This document shows positions 1 through 13,260 of a stretch of DNA of 64,000 nt, one piece after another. The stretch covers positions 84,134,001 to 84,198,000 of the forward strand of contig OZ024740.1 of assembly GCA_964016885.1 (NCBI GenBank), given 5' to 3'. The notes under the pieces were generated by a model, which saw only the letters and a program-made list of their open reading frames with translations, searched no databases and had not been told where the DNA came from. The translations under genes and the position numbers were made by a program. The stretch is from Eledone cirrhosa. Taxonomy: Eukaryota. Positions within the stretch are counted from its first letter, which is position 1. The number at the start of each line of letters is the position of its first letter.

Positions 1-1249
1 TATAAAAGTAATCGTAAATATAAGAGGGAGGGGAGGTAAATATGGATAGTTGCAGTATGTATAGGTCTAGCAAATAAAATAAGCTAAAATAAAATCCATT
101 GTAAGGACTGACACATGTAAACACAATACCAAATTTCAGGCCAGATCAACATCATCAAAATTCATTACGAACCATATATAGTGTCCAAGATGCCATCAGT
201 TAATCCAATGTTACATTTCGAAGGCTTACTTTGAATTCGATGCGCAAATTACATGGAAAAAGGCAAATTTCTAATCTCCGGAAATATGTAAAATGCTAAC
301 CGGTCTTAATGATGGCAGATGTAATAAATTCTGGTTGTACTTCACAATTTCAGTAACAAAACTGGAGAGGTATCTAAGCAGATGAGAGTGTCTGTTTATT
401 CATCAGGGACACCCTTGCTTTTCACAGTACTGGGGATGATGGCGTTTATATTTATTAAGTTTTTCCTGTGAAGATAATATTCTACCAATATGAAAATTAT
501 AATATACCATAAACATCATCATTACCAGTAGGTTTTTGTACACTGCAGGGCGAGTGTATCCCTATCTCAGTGTCAATTATTCTTATTTTGTGCCGCTCGA
601 ATTTATGCAGCTTCCATAAACATATCGATATCATCTCTCCATTTCCTTCCTGTAACATATAAACATGCAGTCCATCCGTTGTCAATTCTTTGCACCAGAT
701 ATCCGATGTATTTCCATTTTCTTTTCTTAAATATTTTTTTATGGCTTTTAGTGTGATATTTACCTATGATATCGAGGTATAATATAGGTCTGGTTTATGT
801 ACAAACAGACTAACTAATTCAAAAACCACTAGTACTAATAAAACAAACATACAGGTACAAAGCCAGCAAATTTGTGGACAGGTAACATTGATTAAATCAA
901 CCCCTGTTAATTGTTGATATCGTCACCATTCCTCTCTATTACCTCACTCCATCTGTCAATAAACCTTTTAATACCACGTTTGTAAAATGTTAAACTACAA
1001 AATGGAAGCTAACACATTTTCGATTTCTCTTAAAGTAAGTCTTAATCCACTTAAATGATTAACCAAACTCCTACATAGATAGTAATCTGTTAGTGTGAAA
1101 ATCGGCTGATTCTTTTTCTGTTTGATAACGATGGGCGTATTTGCGGCAAAGCTGCTTTTAAACTTATTAGAAATTGACGATAGACTGTCTGTTATTGTTT
1201 GATTATCACCTACAGCATATCCAACCACACACTTAGAAGAATCTTCCTT

Positions 1250-1940
1250 AGATATAGGCCATTTCTAGGCTACTGGGATGGCTCTTAACCACGACTGAGC
1301 CACTGACATCTTCGCTGTTAAAATGCCCATTCCTCATCTCTAGTAATGGGCTCTGTTTAAAAAAGGCATTTACAGCTCTCAAGAATGCAAGCGTTGTTGG
1401 GATTGACTGCAGAGAGATCATGTGAAACCTATTTTCCAAATAATTTTGACATTTATGAAGCCTTTGCAATTCACGATGAATGGTGGTATGGCTCACATTG
1501 AGGTCAGTGCTTAATTCCCGAACTTTAACGGTCGGGTTGCATCAACAGTGGCTTCCAATGCATCAGAATCCATCCCTCCTGGAGGCCTTTCTCTTGATTC
1601 ATTCTGCAGTCTTCAGTCCCCGTTTCTGAATCCTGAAAACCATCTCGTACAAGTTCTTTCAGTCACTATGTAATCTCTATAAGTGGTTTGGAGTGATATT
1701 GCTGCTGGTCTTGCGCTATTACGTTTTTGAAAGTCATAAAAAATAATATAGTGAATGTGTTCTTTACTTGGAGTCCACATGACGCCAATGCAACGGCTTC
1801 AATAATTTGGCAAAATTTGGAGGAAAATTAAAGATAGTGATTTCGGCATATTTCAAATATAATTGATAAGTTAAACACCTGTAAATGTAACTCGAGATTT
1901 ACTTGTAAAGGCTGGACAGAACGTTCGTTACAACCTGAAA
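1250..1940 (-). pseudogene. Degraded mariner (Mos1-like) transposon, N-terminal half of transposase
   Basis: Manual translation of the minus strand from ~1780 gives MWTPSKEHIHYIIFYDFQKRNSARPAAISLQTTYRDYIVTERTCTRWFSGFRNGD*..., resembling the Mos1 HTH N-terminus (W F..F..GD motif). It continues into ORF 1248-1496 (SHTTIHRELQRL). Contains stops and frameshifts. Confidence 0.7.
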
Positions 1941-4130
1941 AGTAATTTCCCTAAAAATATAGATATGCTGCATATGGCAATATTCTGAGTGTGAAAATAG
2001 AAAGAACAAGTGTAGCTCTCAAAGTTATAACGTAATAATTATGTAGAAGATACAGTAGAAAATAAAACGATATAATCCACATATCAATAACAAATTGCAA
2101 TTTTAATCTTACAAAAATAAACAAAATATTCTTAGAAGCAGCATGATTATTCACAAAGGAGTGCGATAAGCCCTCACTGTTTCTCACAGAATAAAAATCA
2201 TTTATAAAATAGCTAAAACAAACGTACCACGAAATACAGAAAGTATCATTCAATTGGCACAATTCAACAGAAGTATATTACAATAATACAACTTCTCAAA
2301 ATAAATATGCACATAAAACAGTCGACTTTCGTCAAATCTTACCAATTCTGAAAATGTTTCATAACAGACAGTTCTAGAACAATCCAAACTGTATTTGGAC
2401 TTCAGAGTAAATCAAGTAAATGAAAAGAGACCCTAGACCGAGAGAAGTACCTGAATACGAGGTAGATATACAGAGAAGGAACAGACTATCCACAAGTGCA
2501 ACTACTCAATAATTGTGTGAACTAATGACACAAAGAGATGTAATTTAAACGCTACACAACATAAAAATTGTATTGAAAGTAACCAAGAAAATATAATCAC
2601 AACTGGGTAAAAGATGTAATAAGTAAAGATACAGTATCAGCAAAAATATTGATCTAATGAAAGAAAAAGAAACAACATCTGAAGATATTGTCGAGACAAA
2701 AAGTATCTGAATTCCTAAGACTATTGAAAAGCTAATCTCAAATTCTACATACCAATAACCTGCCGCTTGCAATATACAAAGCTTATCAGGATATCTAATC
2801 GCAAAGAGTAAATAAAATTTCGAAAAGATTTGCGATCACCACTGACTATGTTGTTCACGCTAAAACGCACTGGCCACCTTGTGGATACTGATGTGATTGA
2901 TATCTATTATAGAATAAAAGAAAACTAGAACAACTGTCACATCATTTTAAAGAAAACAACTGTTTCCTCCGCGTAAAGGGGACTTCTATTTATAAAACGA
3001 GCTGTAGTAGCGGGCATCTAGGAAGGAAGTAGAGTTGCAAGAAAGAAACTAGTAACATTTAGAATTTAACTTACAGATGGAATTACAAATAAGTATACGA
3101 AGATGTTGGGGAAATAATGTCGTACCTTATTAATATCTTACTAAGCAGAGTAAATGTGTGTCGGATACAAAATACACTATGATCAGAAGGTCGACAGAGC
3201 CAAGAAAAAATAATCCCAAACATTAAGGAAACAACATAGAAAGTATAACAGAAAAGAATATGAAGATGATGAAATGTTAAAATCCGTAGAGCGTTAGACA
3301 ACGTTCTGTAGTATTTATTTTGGCGCCATGCACTTAGCTGAAAATCCGCTGAAGTAAATTTGTCCTTTAATCTTTGTGGAATCACCAGGTTCCACCAGGT
3401 ATCTGGTGTTATTTAGTGCGTGAAGCATGATGTTATCAACCAAGGTGATTTGTGCTGTATATTGGAATGATAATGTTAAAAACAAACGTTTTAGTGGTAG
3501 AATTAATGCATCGCCTGCATTAACGAAACAATTTGACTTTTAAGTCATTTTATCGGACTCTATTCTGCTTCCATTATGGGATTGATGATACTCTTCCTGA
3601 CTAAACAATGAAAACGGTTGAAAAAGGGCATCATATATATGTGAATGTGCATGTATGTGCATGTGTGCACACATGTATGTATGCATGTATTAATGTGCTT
3701 GTGCCTGTGTGAGTGTATTCTATACCCACTCTTTCCACCTATTCACTTATTTACTCTCTAAAGTGTTACATCACCCCATTCCTTTCATTAAAGTAATAAT
3801 TGATTCTTTTACTCATGCATTTCTATGTAAAACCTTCTAAAGCTTTACAGTATGTGGTTGTGTGTGCCTGTATGTATGCAGCATTACTCCTCACCCCTCA
3901 CTCCTCCACCACGTATTCTTATGACCATTATGTCCCTTCTATTCCCCTCGTACCTACTGACCACCCCTACTACTTCCTTCTCCTGACCCCGTGCCTTTCT
4001 AGATTCACTTACTATTGTCTGCCCCCACCCACTTTCTCCATCAGATTAGTTTACTACTACGATAAATTCAACCAAAGCACTACCAAAACCAGTGACCTAG
4101 TTTTTCACATACTGCAAATATTACTACACC

Positions 4131-4182
4131 CTTGAAAGGCTTGCTGTACATTCACGCCGAAACCGCTTAGTGGCGCTGTCGA
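4131..4182 (+). ncRNA. Degenerate type I hammerhead ribozyme (U3:A8-like core), probably a PLE terminal-repeat remnant
   Basis: TTGAAA-GGC...GCC-GAAAC-CGC ttagtg GCG-ct-GTC. One core A is missing and stem I is poor. Confidence 0.4.
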
Positions 4183-4203
4183 GATTTTGCATATCTCTCA
4201 CTC

Positions 4204-4268
<65 letters not shown>

Positions 4269-4379
4269 TGTGTGTGTGTGTAAGTATATAATGTATGTAA
4301 ATATATATATATATTATTATAACGTATATATAAATATATATATATACGGAGAAATGAAAATATTTTCCATATTAATAAC

Positions 4380-5150
4380 CACATTTCGGGGTCAACAAAA
4401 GTACAGGAAACAATTCTACATATAATGTTTATGAAATTTCTAATACATCTGAAATTATTGTAAGTACCAAAAAAGACAGAGCTCCATTTGTGCTATAAAC
4501 GTGCGCATTAGAAAAAGAGTTTACTAAAATAGTATTAATATCGTTATAGTTTACTGAGGTATCGGCAATATTTTTTCTATAGAACTGCATTCAAGTTGCA
4601 ATAACATAAAAGCACCAAAAGAATATTGATTGCACAAATCACTTTGAGAGGGATGTTTTATAACAGACGTGAACTTTCTGGATGATAAAGAAAGAAGTAT
4701 CTTTTACAAATCAAATACTTTATATCCTATTTCTAGACAGTTGACATGGCTATTCGCTTTGTGCTGAATGGTAAAAATGTCTGTATATGGCAAAATTTAT
4801 TGATATAAGTGTCTTCATGCTTGGAGGCAAAAACTGTTAAGATTGATGCTACAGAACAGTTCCTAGAAATATAAAAATAGAGGAACTGTGGATGTTAGCA
4901 AAGGTTTCAGGTGATACATTACTTGGCTATTAAGTTAAATTATTGCAGAGCTGCTGATATCGAGCGTCTAGAAATAGATAAATGGGAAAGAAGTTGGTAG
5001 GAAGGAAATTATGATAAATTACAAAACATTTTGTGTGAGTTTATCCTTGAATTAATTAGAGTATTTTCAAATCAAAAATACTATAGTGTTTCTCAAGAAC
5101 TAGCAACGAACAAATTTCATTATCTAAACTATAATAAAGGAAGGTCTGCG
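4380..5150 (+). pseudogene. Possible highly degraded hAT-type transposase remnant
   Basis: Only a weak C-x-x-H-like motif (IDCTNH near 4625) in stop-riddled sequence. Confidence 0.2.
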
Positions 5151-5211
5151 GGACTGCGTACGGTTTATTTATTTTTTATCCCGTTAGTAAAATAAGTTGG
5201 ATTACTTTGAA

Positions 5212-5285
5212 TAAATAATTGTTTCTACTTTAGGCACAAGGCCAGCAATTACCCAGTGCCTTACTGGTACTTTATTTTATCGACT
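5212..5285 (-). mobile_element. tRNA-derived SINE, 3' fragment
   Basis: Matches the 3' half of the copy at 36316-36503 (aattgtttctactttaggcacaaggccagcaattacccagtg...actggtactttattttatcgac). Confidence 0.8.
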
Positions 5286-5705
5286 AAATTTCGTAAACAA
5301 AAATAATTTCGTAAAAATAAATAATTTAAAATCGACTCCTTTTCAAAGTTGCACTTCCGGTATATCGTTGCCACCACCACCCTTCAACTACCATATATAT
5401 AGAAAGAGAGAGTGTGTGATGTCAACACTTCCGGTGGCGATCACTTAAATAAACATACTTTTTTTCTGTCACTAATTTTCTCCTAATGCAGTTTATATAT
5501 AATATCGTCTTTTTTTAATGTATATTGGATTACTTTACTGATTACATAAGAGAGTGTAACGTCTTCGTTCAATTTCTGTTTATTTTGTCAATTACGATTT
5601 TATTTGATGTATCATGTCTACATGTATATATATACTTGCGTATAATATCAATATACACACTACACTTGCTAGCAGAAAACCACCCGAAGGTGATATTAAT
5701 TACGG

Positions 5706-5880
5706 GTGGTGGATTCGTAGTATCGGTAGAGCATTGGACATCATACTTTATAAGAGTTATGGGCCTTTACGTTTCGAGGTCAATAAAATAAAGTACCAGT
5801 AATGCACTAGGGTCGATTTAATCGATTTTTCCATGCCACAAAAATTGTTAGCATTGTGCCTAAATCAGGAACCATTATGA
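5706..5880 (+). mobile_element. tRNA-derived SINE copy with internal deletion
   Basis: ggtggattcgtagtatcggtagag head, then gtcaataaaataaagtaccagtaatgcact body and ...aaccattat end, same family as the other copies. Confidence 0.75.
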
Positions 5881-6946
5881 TATTAATTTTTCTTCTACAT
5901 ATAAAACGCAGTGTTGATGAAACATCCACAATTAAAAACAATTAAACACAATTAAAACAATTAAAAACAAGCTGTTGTTCATGTTGTTGTCATATATAAT
6001 TAGATCTTATTCTTGTCGTAGAACATATGTACAGGTGATAGAGAGGCAGGTCAAGACCGGTGAGCCTGACCAAGGTGTCAGTTGCAGCATTAGCTCCAGC
6101 CCGCCAGGAAAACATCTGAGGAGGCAATCCCGAACAAAATGCAATACTGTCTGTTCAGGGTCCCCACAGTCACATGCTTGGCTGTCACCGATTATAACTA
6201 CGAGAAATGGTTTTCAAACTATGACCAATACATCCTTTTGTGTATCAGATATTAGACTACCCAATATATAATTATTTATTTAACACGAAAACGTGTAATT
6301 TAAGGAAATATGGTTGCTATTTCTAGCAACTTTGGCCAGCAGGTATCATCGCTGCTATTCCCTCGTGAGTATGTCTGGAGAGCTCCCACCAAAAACTTTA
6401 TCATACCTGCTTCGTATCTGGGCAATCACTAGGAGTGTCAATCTACAGTTAATGTATAGTTAATGTATACTTAATGTATAATAAGTGTGTTTTAGTATAG
6501 TTAACAGGAAATGTATCTATATATTACTAAAACTCTGCAATTGCTTGCTTGTCTGTCATGTAATGCAGCCAAAAGGGTGCATAATGGGAAAATACTTTGA
6601 AACTAAGTTGACCCTGAAATGCGAATACAAATGTAATACAAAACAGGTTTCGTATAAATCGGAGGACGGGTTCCCAAAATATGGGGTTTTTCCGGGTACC
6701 TTCATAAACAGAGAGAAGCATGGAATGGAACAGTGGTTGTGAGAGAGTAGATTGAAATAGAGACATAGAGAGAGCGAGAGGAGACAGAGAAGGAGAATGG
6801 AAGAGAGAGAGAGGGCTGGTGGTGTTGTTGTGTGTATATATATATATGTGTGTGTGTGAGAGAGAGTGCGTGTATATATATATATATATATGTGTGTGTA
6901 TATATGTGTGCGTGTGTCTATGACCTGTGTATATAGATCACAGACA

Positions 6947-6992
<46 letters not shown>

Positions 6993-7242
6993 CATATATA
7001 TTTATACACACACACACATCTATAGATGTACATACACACACGTATATATATATATATGGGCCTTCCAATTTCATTTCACATTATATACATGCCTGTGAAT
7101 ATTTTAATTATTTAAAAATTATTTTTAAGGGAACATGATTTCGTAAAAATATTTGGAAGTGAACGTGACTCAACGTGTCACCTGTGGTCCAGTATCTAAA
7201 CTAAAAATAGCTATTCGGAAGGGGAAACCAATGCATACTAAC

Positions 7243-7392
7243 TTATTAATTCTAATTTAAGCCCAAGGAAGGCCAGCAATTTCTGGGGTAGGGAACTCGA
7301 TTATGTTGATCCCCGGACTTGACTACTATATTTTATAGACTCCTGGAAGATGAAAGACAAAGTTGACCTCGGCAGTATTTGAACTGAGAAGA
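7243..7392 (-). mobile_element. tRNA-derived SINE, diverged partial copy
   Basis: aaggccagcaattt...gatgaaagacaaagttgacctcggcagtatttgaact matches the family consensus seen elsewhere in the window. Confidence 0.65.
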
Positions 7393-7438
7393 AGAAGACT
7401 CGAAACCATGACACAAAGTAGTTTACCCGGTGCTCTAG

Positions 7439-7522
<84 letters not shown>

Positions 7523-7885
7523 TATTTGTGAACTGCTGTTGCTCACGTTCTCACGCTGTCTCTATCTCTCTCCTTCCTTCCTTCCTCTCTCTCTCTCTCT
7601 CTCCCCCTCTCTCTCGATCAACGAGCTCTCTTTCTCCCTCTCTAGAGATCAACGAGCTCTCTCTCTCTCTCTATCTATCTCCTCTCTCTCCCTCTGACCC
7701 CCCCCCCCACTCTTCCCGCTATCTCTCTCGCTCCCCTCTTCTGTCTCCCCCTTTTCTTTTCTTTTCTTCTGTTTCTCTTTCTTTTTCTCTCGCTGGAGTT
7801 ATATCTCTATCTCCCTCCCTCACTCTGTCCCTCTCTAACCTCTACCCTACACCTTCCACTCTCTCTTTCTCCCCTCCACAGCGAA

Positions 7886-8837
7886 ATGGACTGCATGCAG
7901 GAGAAATGTGAAATCAGGAGTCAGCGAAACTGGTCAAAGATTGAACTAGCGGTTTCGATCAAGGGGTGGACTATGGCTGATGGGTCTCCACCAAGCAAAA
8001 AGATGGCGGAGAACCTGAAGAGCCATGGGTTTCTGAGGACCCTGGTACAGATAGAGAGAAAGAGAAAAGAAATTGAGAAGGCGTATGTCCTCATAGCGCC
8101 TCATATGGCGATGCTAAGCCGTGTCCTCAGGGAGGAGAAAACCGAAGGGAGGGATGAAGAGGAGAGGGAAAAGGAAGAGGAAAAAGAGGGGGAAAAGGAA
8201 AAGGAGGAGAGCACAAGCACGGACCTGAAAGAAAATGATATACCCTCCGCTACAGGCAGGGAGGGCAGGCCGGGCAACCAACAAGCTAAGGGCAAAGGTG
8301 AAAAGCGAAATAACCTTCCGAAGGAGAACCAAGCGCAGAGGGACCAGTGGACAACTATTCAAAGAAAGAGCAGAAAGCACCGAGACACTGGGAGCAAAAA
8401 AACCCCAAGTAATGTGCAAGTTTTTCAAGAACGGGACATGCTGGCATGGAGAGACAGGGATGGGATGCAGATTCGCCCACCCTAGGTCTCAAACGAACTA
8501 TGCCCATCATACTCGAGCAACATGCCCCAGCCTAAGCCGAAATAAGCCGCTCCAGAAGTATGCTGATGTCGCGCGTGCTGCACCAACAAGGAGAAGGCAC
8601 GCTCATGCCGACGAGATACAGATGGCAGCAGCAGATCAGAAAAATTTTTTAGTGATGGCAGAGAAGATTGTGGGACAGCTGACCTGGCTGCATCGTCTCC
8701 AGAGCCAGGGTCATCCACACCAGCACTCAAGACCACCGCAGTTAAGGGACCCAGAGTGGCCGCCGCTGACACCAGACCAGGTGTCATACCGACAGCCATT
8801 ACTGGCACCCCAAAAGTCACACCAGTGCTGCTGCTGA
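7886..8837 (+). pseudogene. LINE ORF1 with CCCH zinc finger, split by a one-base indel
   Basis: ORF 7886-8485 (acidic/charged) joins ORF 8235-8837 (CKFFKNGTCWHGETGMGCRFAHP, CCCH-like) via a +1 shift in the A7 run at 8396-8402. Confidence 0.75.
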
Positions 8838-11797
8838 ATGTCAGGGGCCTGGTGAAACTCAGCAACATGAGTAAAATTTCCTACCTGGGAGACTTAGCCA
8901 TAAGCAATCAAGCACTATGCATGGCACTAACCTAAACGCACCTGACAAGCAGTATAGCAGATGCAGAAATACATATACCGAAATATACTGTATTTCGTTC
9001 GGACAGGAAGGAGAGAACTCATGGTGGGGTTGCTCTGTATATCCGTGAAGATGTCACACCAATTGTACTGTTGACACATTCAAACTCAGTCTGTGACACA
9101 CTGATAATACATATGAAGCAACTACAGACGGTAATATGTGTCACATATCGGCCGCCCGATGCCCCCAGTCATGAGGGTAAATTTGAGGATAGCCTAAGTA
9201 GGATAGAAGAGGTCCTTGACAAACTGGACCAGGGTCTCAACATCCTACTGCTGGGAGACTTCAACCTACCAAAGGTCAAATGGCCTGAGGGCCACCTCCT
9301 CCCTGGAATGACGTCAATAGAACAGAGACAGACGGAATCCCTGCTGGCCCTCACACACAGGCTGTTCATGGAGCAAGCAATACTCCTCCCAACAAGAGGC
9401 GAAAATGTCCTGGACCTCTGTTTTACACACAACGAAGTGCTCATCCACAATGTAAAGGTGACACCAACAATTCTCTCGGATCATAACTTGGTAGAGCTAA
9501 TGATATGTGGTCCGAGAGAACCAACAGAGACAAAACCACCAAGAAGCTCCGGGACGCTATCCAGCCTTAACTTCTACGGGGCTGACTGGAAGAAGATTAA
9601 GAGTGAAATCCGGAAGCAAACATGGAGTGCAAACATCGCCACACAAGACACTAACACACAATTTCAACACTTCATGACAACGATACACACCATATGCAAA
9701 AAGTGTGTCCCGGAGAAAGAGGCAAACAGACACAAAAATCTTATTCCCAGAGATAGGAAAATCCTTATGAGACGTAGAACTAAACTCTCAAACCAGTTGA
9801 ATAGTCAACAAAACCAAAACAAGAAGGAATCCTATTTGAAACGTGCACTACTTGACACCGAGATTGCACTCAAGCTTTCACATGAGAATGAGAGGGCAAG
9901 GAAAGAGAACAGGGCCATAGAAAACATTAAAACAAACCCTAAGGCCTTCTTTAAATTTGCAAAAGAAACTGCCTCAGTACACTGCAAGATTGGACCACTC
10001 TTCCACACGGACGGTTCATTAACCGAAAATCCCCAAGAGATATGTGAAATACTGAACGAACAGTACAAAAGTGTCTTCACATGTCCACTGAGGCACATGC
10101 AAATAACGAAGCCAGAGGAGTTCTTTGATGCCACAACACTACATCAAGAAATGGCAACCATCAACCACATAGACATAACGGAAGAGGATGTGGTGAACGC
10201 CATTGATGAAATTAGAACAGACTCGGCTGCTGGACCTGATGGATTCCCAGCAGTTCTCCTAAAAATATGTAAGCGGGCCTTAGCAACTCCACTGAAGATG
10301 CTCTTCAGAAGCTCCTTGGCTAGCCGTGTACTACCCAGGGAGCTGAAAGAAGGCACAATATGCCCTATCCATAAAGGAGGTAGTAGAGCGGAGGCCAAGA
10401 ACTATAGGCCAGTCTCCCTGACGTCGCATATCAGTAAGGTCATGGAGCGAGTCGTCAGAAAGAAACTAATCACTTTCCTCGAAGAAAATGACCGCCTGAC
10501 TAGCACGCAACATGGCTTCCGCCCAGGAAGAAGCTGCCTTACACAGCTGCTACATCACTACGACTGGGTACTGAGACAGCTACTAGACAGCTCACATGTA
10601 GACGTGATATATCTTGACTTTGCGAAGGCCTTTGACAAGGTCGACCACGGAATGATATGTCACAAACTACACGGACTCGGTATAACTGGAAAAGTAGGTG
10701 AGTGGCTGCATGGCTTCCTGAGGGACAGAAGCCAGGCAGTCGCAGCAAATGGGGCCCTCTCGAGGGAAACACCGATAACAAGTGGGGTGCCTCAGGGGAC
10801 AGTCCTGGGACCACTACTGTTTTTGGTGGCTCTCTCGGACATGCCCTCTGTGGTGCATGCAACAACATCCCTCACTAGCTATGCTGATGACACTAAGGTA
10901 GCACAGGCAATCAAAAACCCGGCTGACGCTGCCCTCTTACAGCAGGATCTGGATGCCATATACAGATGGGCGGAAGAAAACAACATGCAGTTTAATGCTG
11001 GCAAATTCCAAGCCCTACAATACAAACCTGCAAACACAAACACAAATATAGCGGAACACAGCTACACAGGACCAGGAGGGACCGATATCCCCGTGTCAAA
11101 ATCGATACGAGACCTGGGCATAGACATGAGCGATGATGCATCTTTTTCTTCACACATCATGAAGGTGGCGACAGCATGTAGACGATTCGCTGGCTGGATC
11201 TTGATGACTTTCCTTACAAGAGATCGAGACACCATGTTGACACTGTGGAGAACTTTTGTCCTAAGCCGCCTGGACTACTGCTCCCAGCTGTGGTCACCCC
11301 ATAGTGTCAAACTAACCACAGAGCTTGAGGCAATCCAGCGAAGCTACACCAAGAGGATTGCCAAGATGAGGGAGACAAGCTACTGGGAGAGGCTGAAGGA
11401 ACTGAACCTCTACTCCTTGGAGCGAAGACGGGAGAGATACGCAGTGATCTATATGTGGAAAATCCTGGAGGGACTAGCACCAAACTTTGGCATTGGGAGC
11501 TGGACCAACCGTCGAACAGGACGTCACTGTGTGGTGCCAAAGGTCCCGTCTTCCACATCTAGAATAAGGAGCAGGTATTGCAATAGCCTGGGATTCAAGG
11601 GCCCTCAACTCTTCAACAGGCTGCCGAGGCATCTGCGAGACTTGCATGACGTGGAGGTGGATGTCTTTAAGAAACATCTCGACACCTTGTTATCCAGGAT
11701 CCCGGATGAGCCCACAGCAAGACACGAGGGAAACCTAAGGGCAGCAGCAACAAACTCCCTCCTACACCAGTGGCCAACCTATACAGGCTGGAGATAA
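8810..11797 (+). pseudogene. LINE ORF2: AP endonuclease plus reverse transcriptase, one premature stop
   Basis: The frame reads LLLNVRGL...MALT*THL...RSDR..GGVALYIR, then GDFN, LDL, SDH, YRPVSL, QHGFR, LDFAKAFD, GVPQG, YADD. TAA at 8933-8935 replaces the conserved Glu of the APE 'TET' motif. The rest (9071-11797) is open. Confidence 0.92.
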
Positions 11798-11871
11798 AAT
11801 GTGTAGCAACAAGGGCGGTGCCCCAGCATGGCCTCAGCCGGATGGCTGAAGCAGGTAAAAGAGTAAAAGAG

Positions 11872-11921
<50 letters not shown>

Positions 11922-11975
11922 CGGCGATGAATTAGTTTTGCGAGGTTTTTTATATGAAATCGTGTGTCGAAACAG

Positions 11976-12223
11976 ATATTGTTATATTTGGGGAGGGTCA
12001 TATTTGCGTAATATTGCCAGAATTAATAACAGAACACACTCATTGTTTGGTTGGTTTTCGCTTCTCGCTGTCTTTTATATATATATATATAACTTAGTAA
12101 GTTAGATCGCAGATATATATATATATAAAAGACAGCGAGAAGCGAAAACCAACCAAACAGTGAGTGTGTTCTGTTATTAATTCTGGCAATATTACGCAAA
12201 TATGACCCTCCCCAAATATAACA

Positions 12224-12230
<7 letters not shown>
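11976..12230. repeat. Near-perfect inverted repeat (~115-bp arms, ~20-bp spacer)
   Basis: 11976-12091 is the reverse complement of 12113-12230, with one mismatch seen. A partial third copy lies at 63010-63075. Confidence 0.95.
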
Positions 12231-12296
<66 letters not shown>

Positions 12297-12814
12297 CTAA
12301 AAGACTTATAGATATTTTCAGAACTGTTTCCTTCGTTTCCAAAGGAGATTCTCATTAATATTTTACTAGAGATATTTTCACGGCATTTTCACCCAGTTTA
12401 TGCATGTAATGAATCATTAACTGTGTAAATATATTTAATGACAGAATATTCTAGTCTTATTGCGGAAATATTTTTTTTCTTTTAAATTTAAGCAATATAG
12501 GAAAATTAAAGAATTTAATGAATGAACATGAGTTTAAGGCTAATAAATTGTGGTTGTTATTGTGAGATGGGAAATCAACACTTGGTTGGTTGTAATATTA
12601 AGTTGTCCTTTACGTAAGAATTTATCCAGTAAATTTATTGAAATTGTAATAAAAGCAAACCAACAAAATTAATATGTATAGGCATAGAAACAATAAAAGT
12701 ATAATAGATTCCAGTACTAAACAGAGAAAATATACGAAGGTGAAATAATGAACATCATACAAAATTCTACTCCGGCGAAACTAGCGTTACCCTTGTAACG
12801 AGAGTATATATAGT

Positions 12815-13260
12815 GAATAATGATTTCTAATTTTGGCACTAGCCCAGCAATTGAGGGGATCGAGTAAATTGACACCAGTACTATATTAGTACTTTATTTA
12901 ATCAACCCCGAAAGGATGAAAAGCAAGGTTGACCTTGGCTGAATTTGATATCAGAATGTAAAGAGTCGAAACAAATACCAGAAGATATTTTCTCGACACT
13001 CTAACAATTCTAACAATTCACCACGCTGATGCATTGTGAATAATGATTTCTGATTGAGACACAAGGCCAAAACTTTCGGTGGAAAGGAAAATCGATTAAA
13101 TCGACCCCAGTGCGTTGCTGGTGCTTTATTTTATCGACCCCGTAAGGAAGAAAGGCAAAGTTAACCTCGGCGGGATTTGAACTCAGAATAGCAAGGGCCG
13201 TAACTCTATGCGTCAAAGCATGGTGTCCGACCCTCTACTGCTACTGCCAATCCACCGCCC
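12815..13260 (-). mobile_element. Two tandem tRNA-derived SINE copies
   Basis: Two consecutive copies (~12815-13020 and ~13038-13260). On the minus strand the second has A-box TGGCAGTAGCAG-like and B-box GTTCAAATCC. Confidence 0.85.

Larger units (their letters stand above)
7518..11872 (+). mobile_element. Near full-length CR1-group non-LTR retrotransposon (LINE) inserted in (TA)n
   Basis: Pyrimidine-rich 5' UTR, ORF1, APE-RT ORF2, then a short 3' UTR with a hairpin (tcagcc-ggat-ggctga) and a tandem tail (gtaaaaga)2. Flanked by (TA)n at 7441-7517 and 11872-11920. Confidence 0.9.

Noticed and set aside
8396-8406. AAAAAAAC run as a programmed -1 frameshift inside ORF1
   Set aside because: Joining the two ORF1 halves needs a +1 shift, and the zero-frame codons are AAA AAA ACC rather than A_AAA_AAC. 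A homopolymer indel or sequencing error is simpler.
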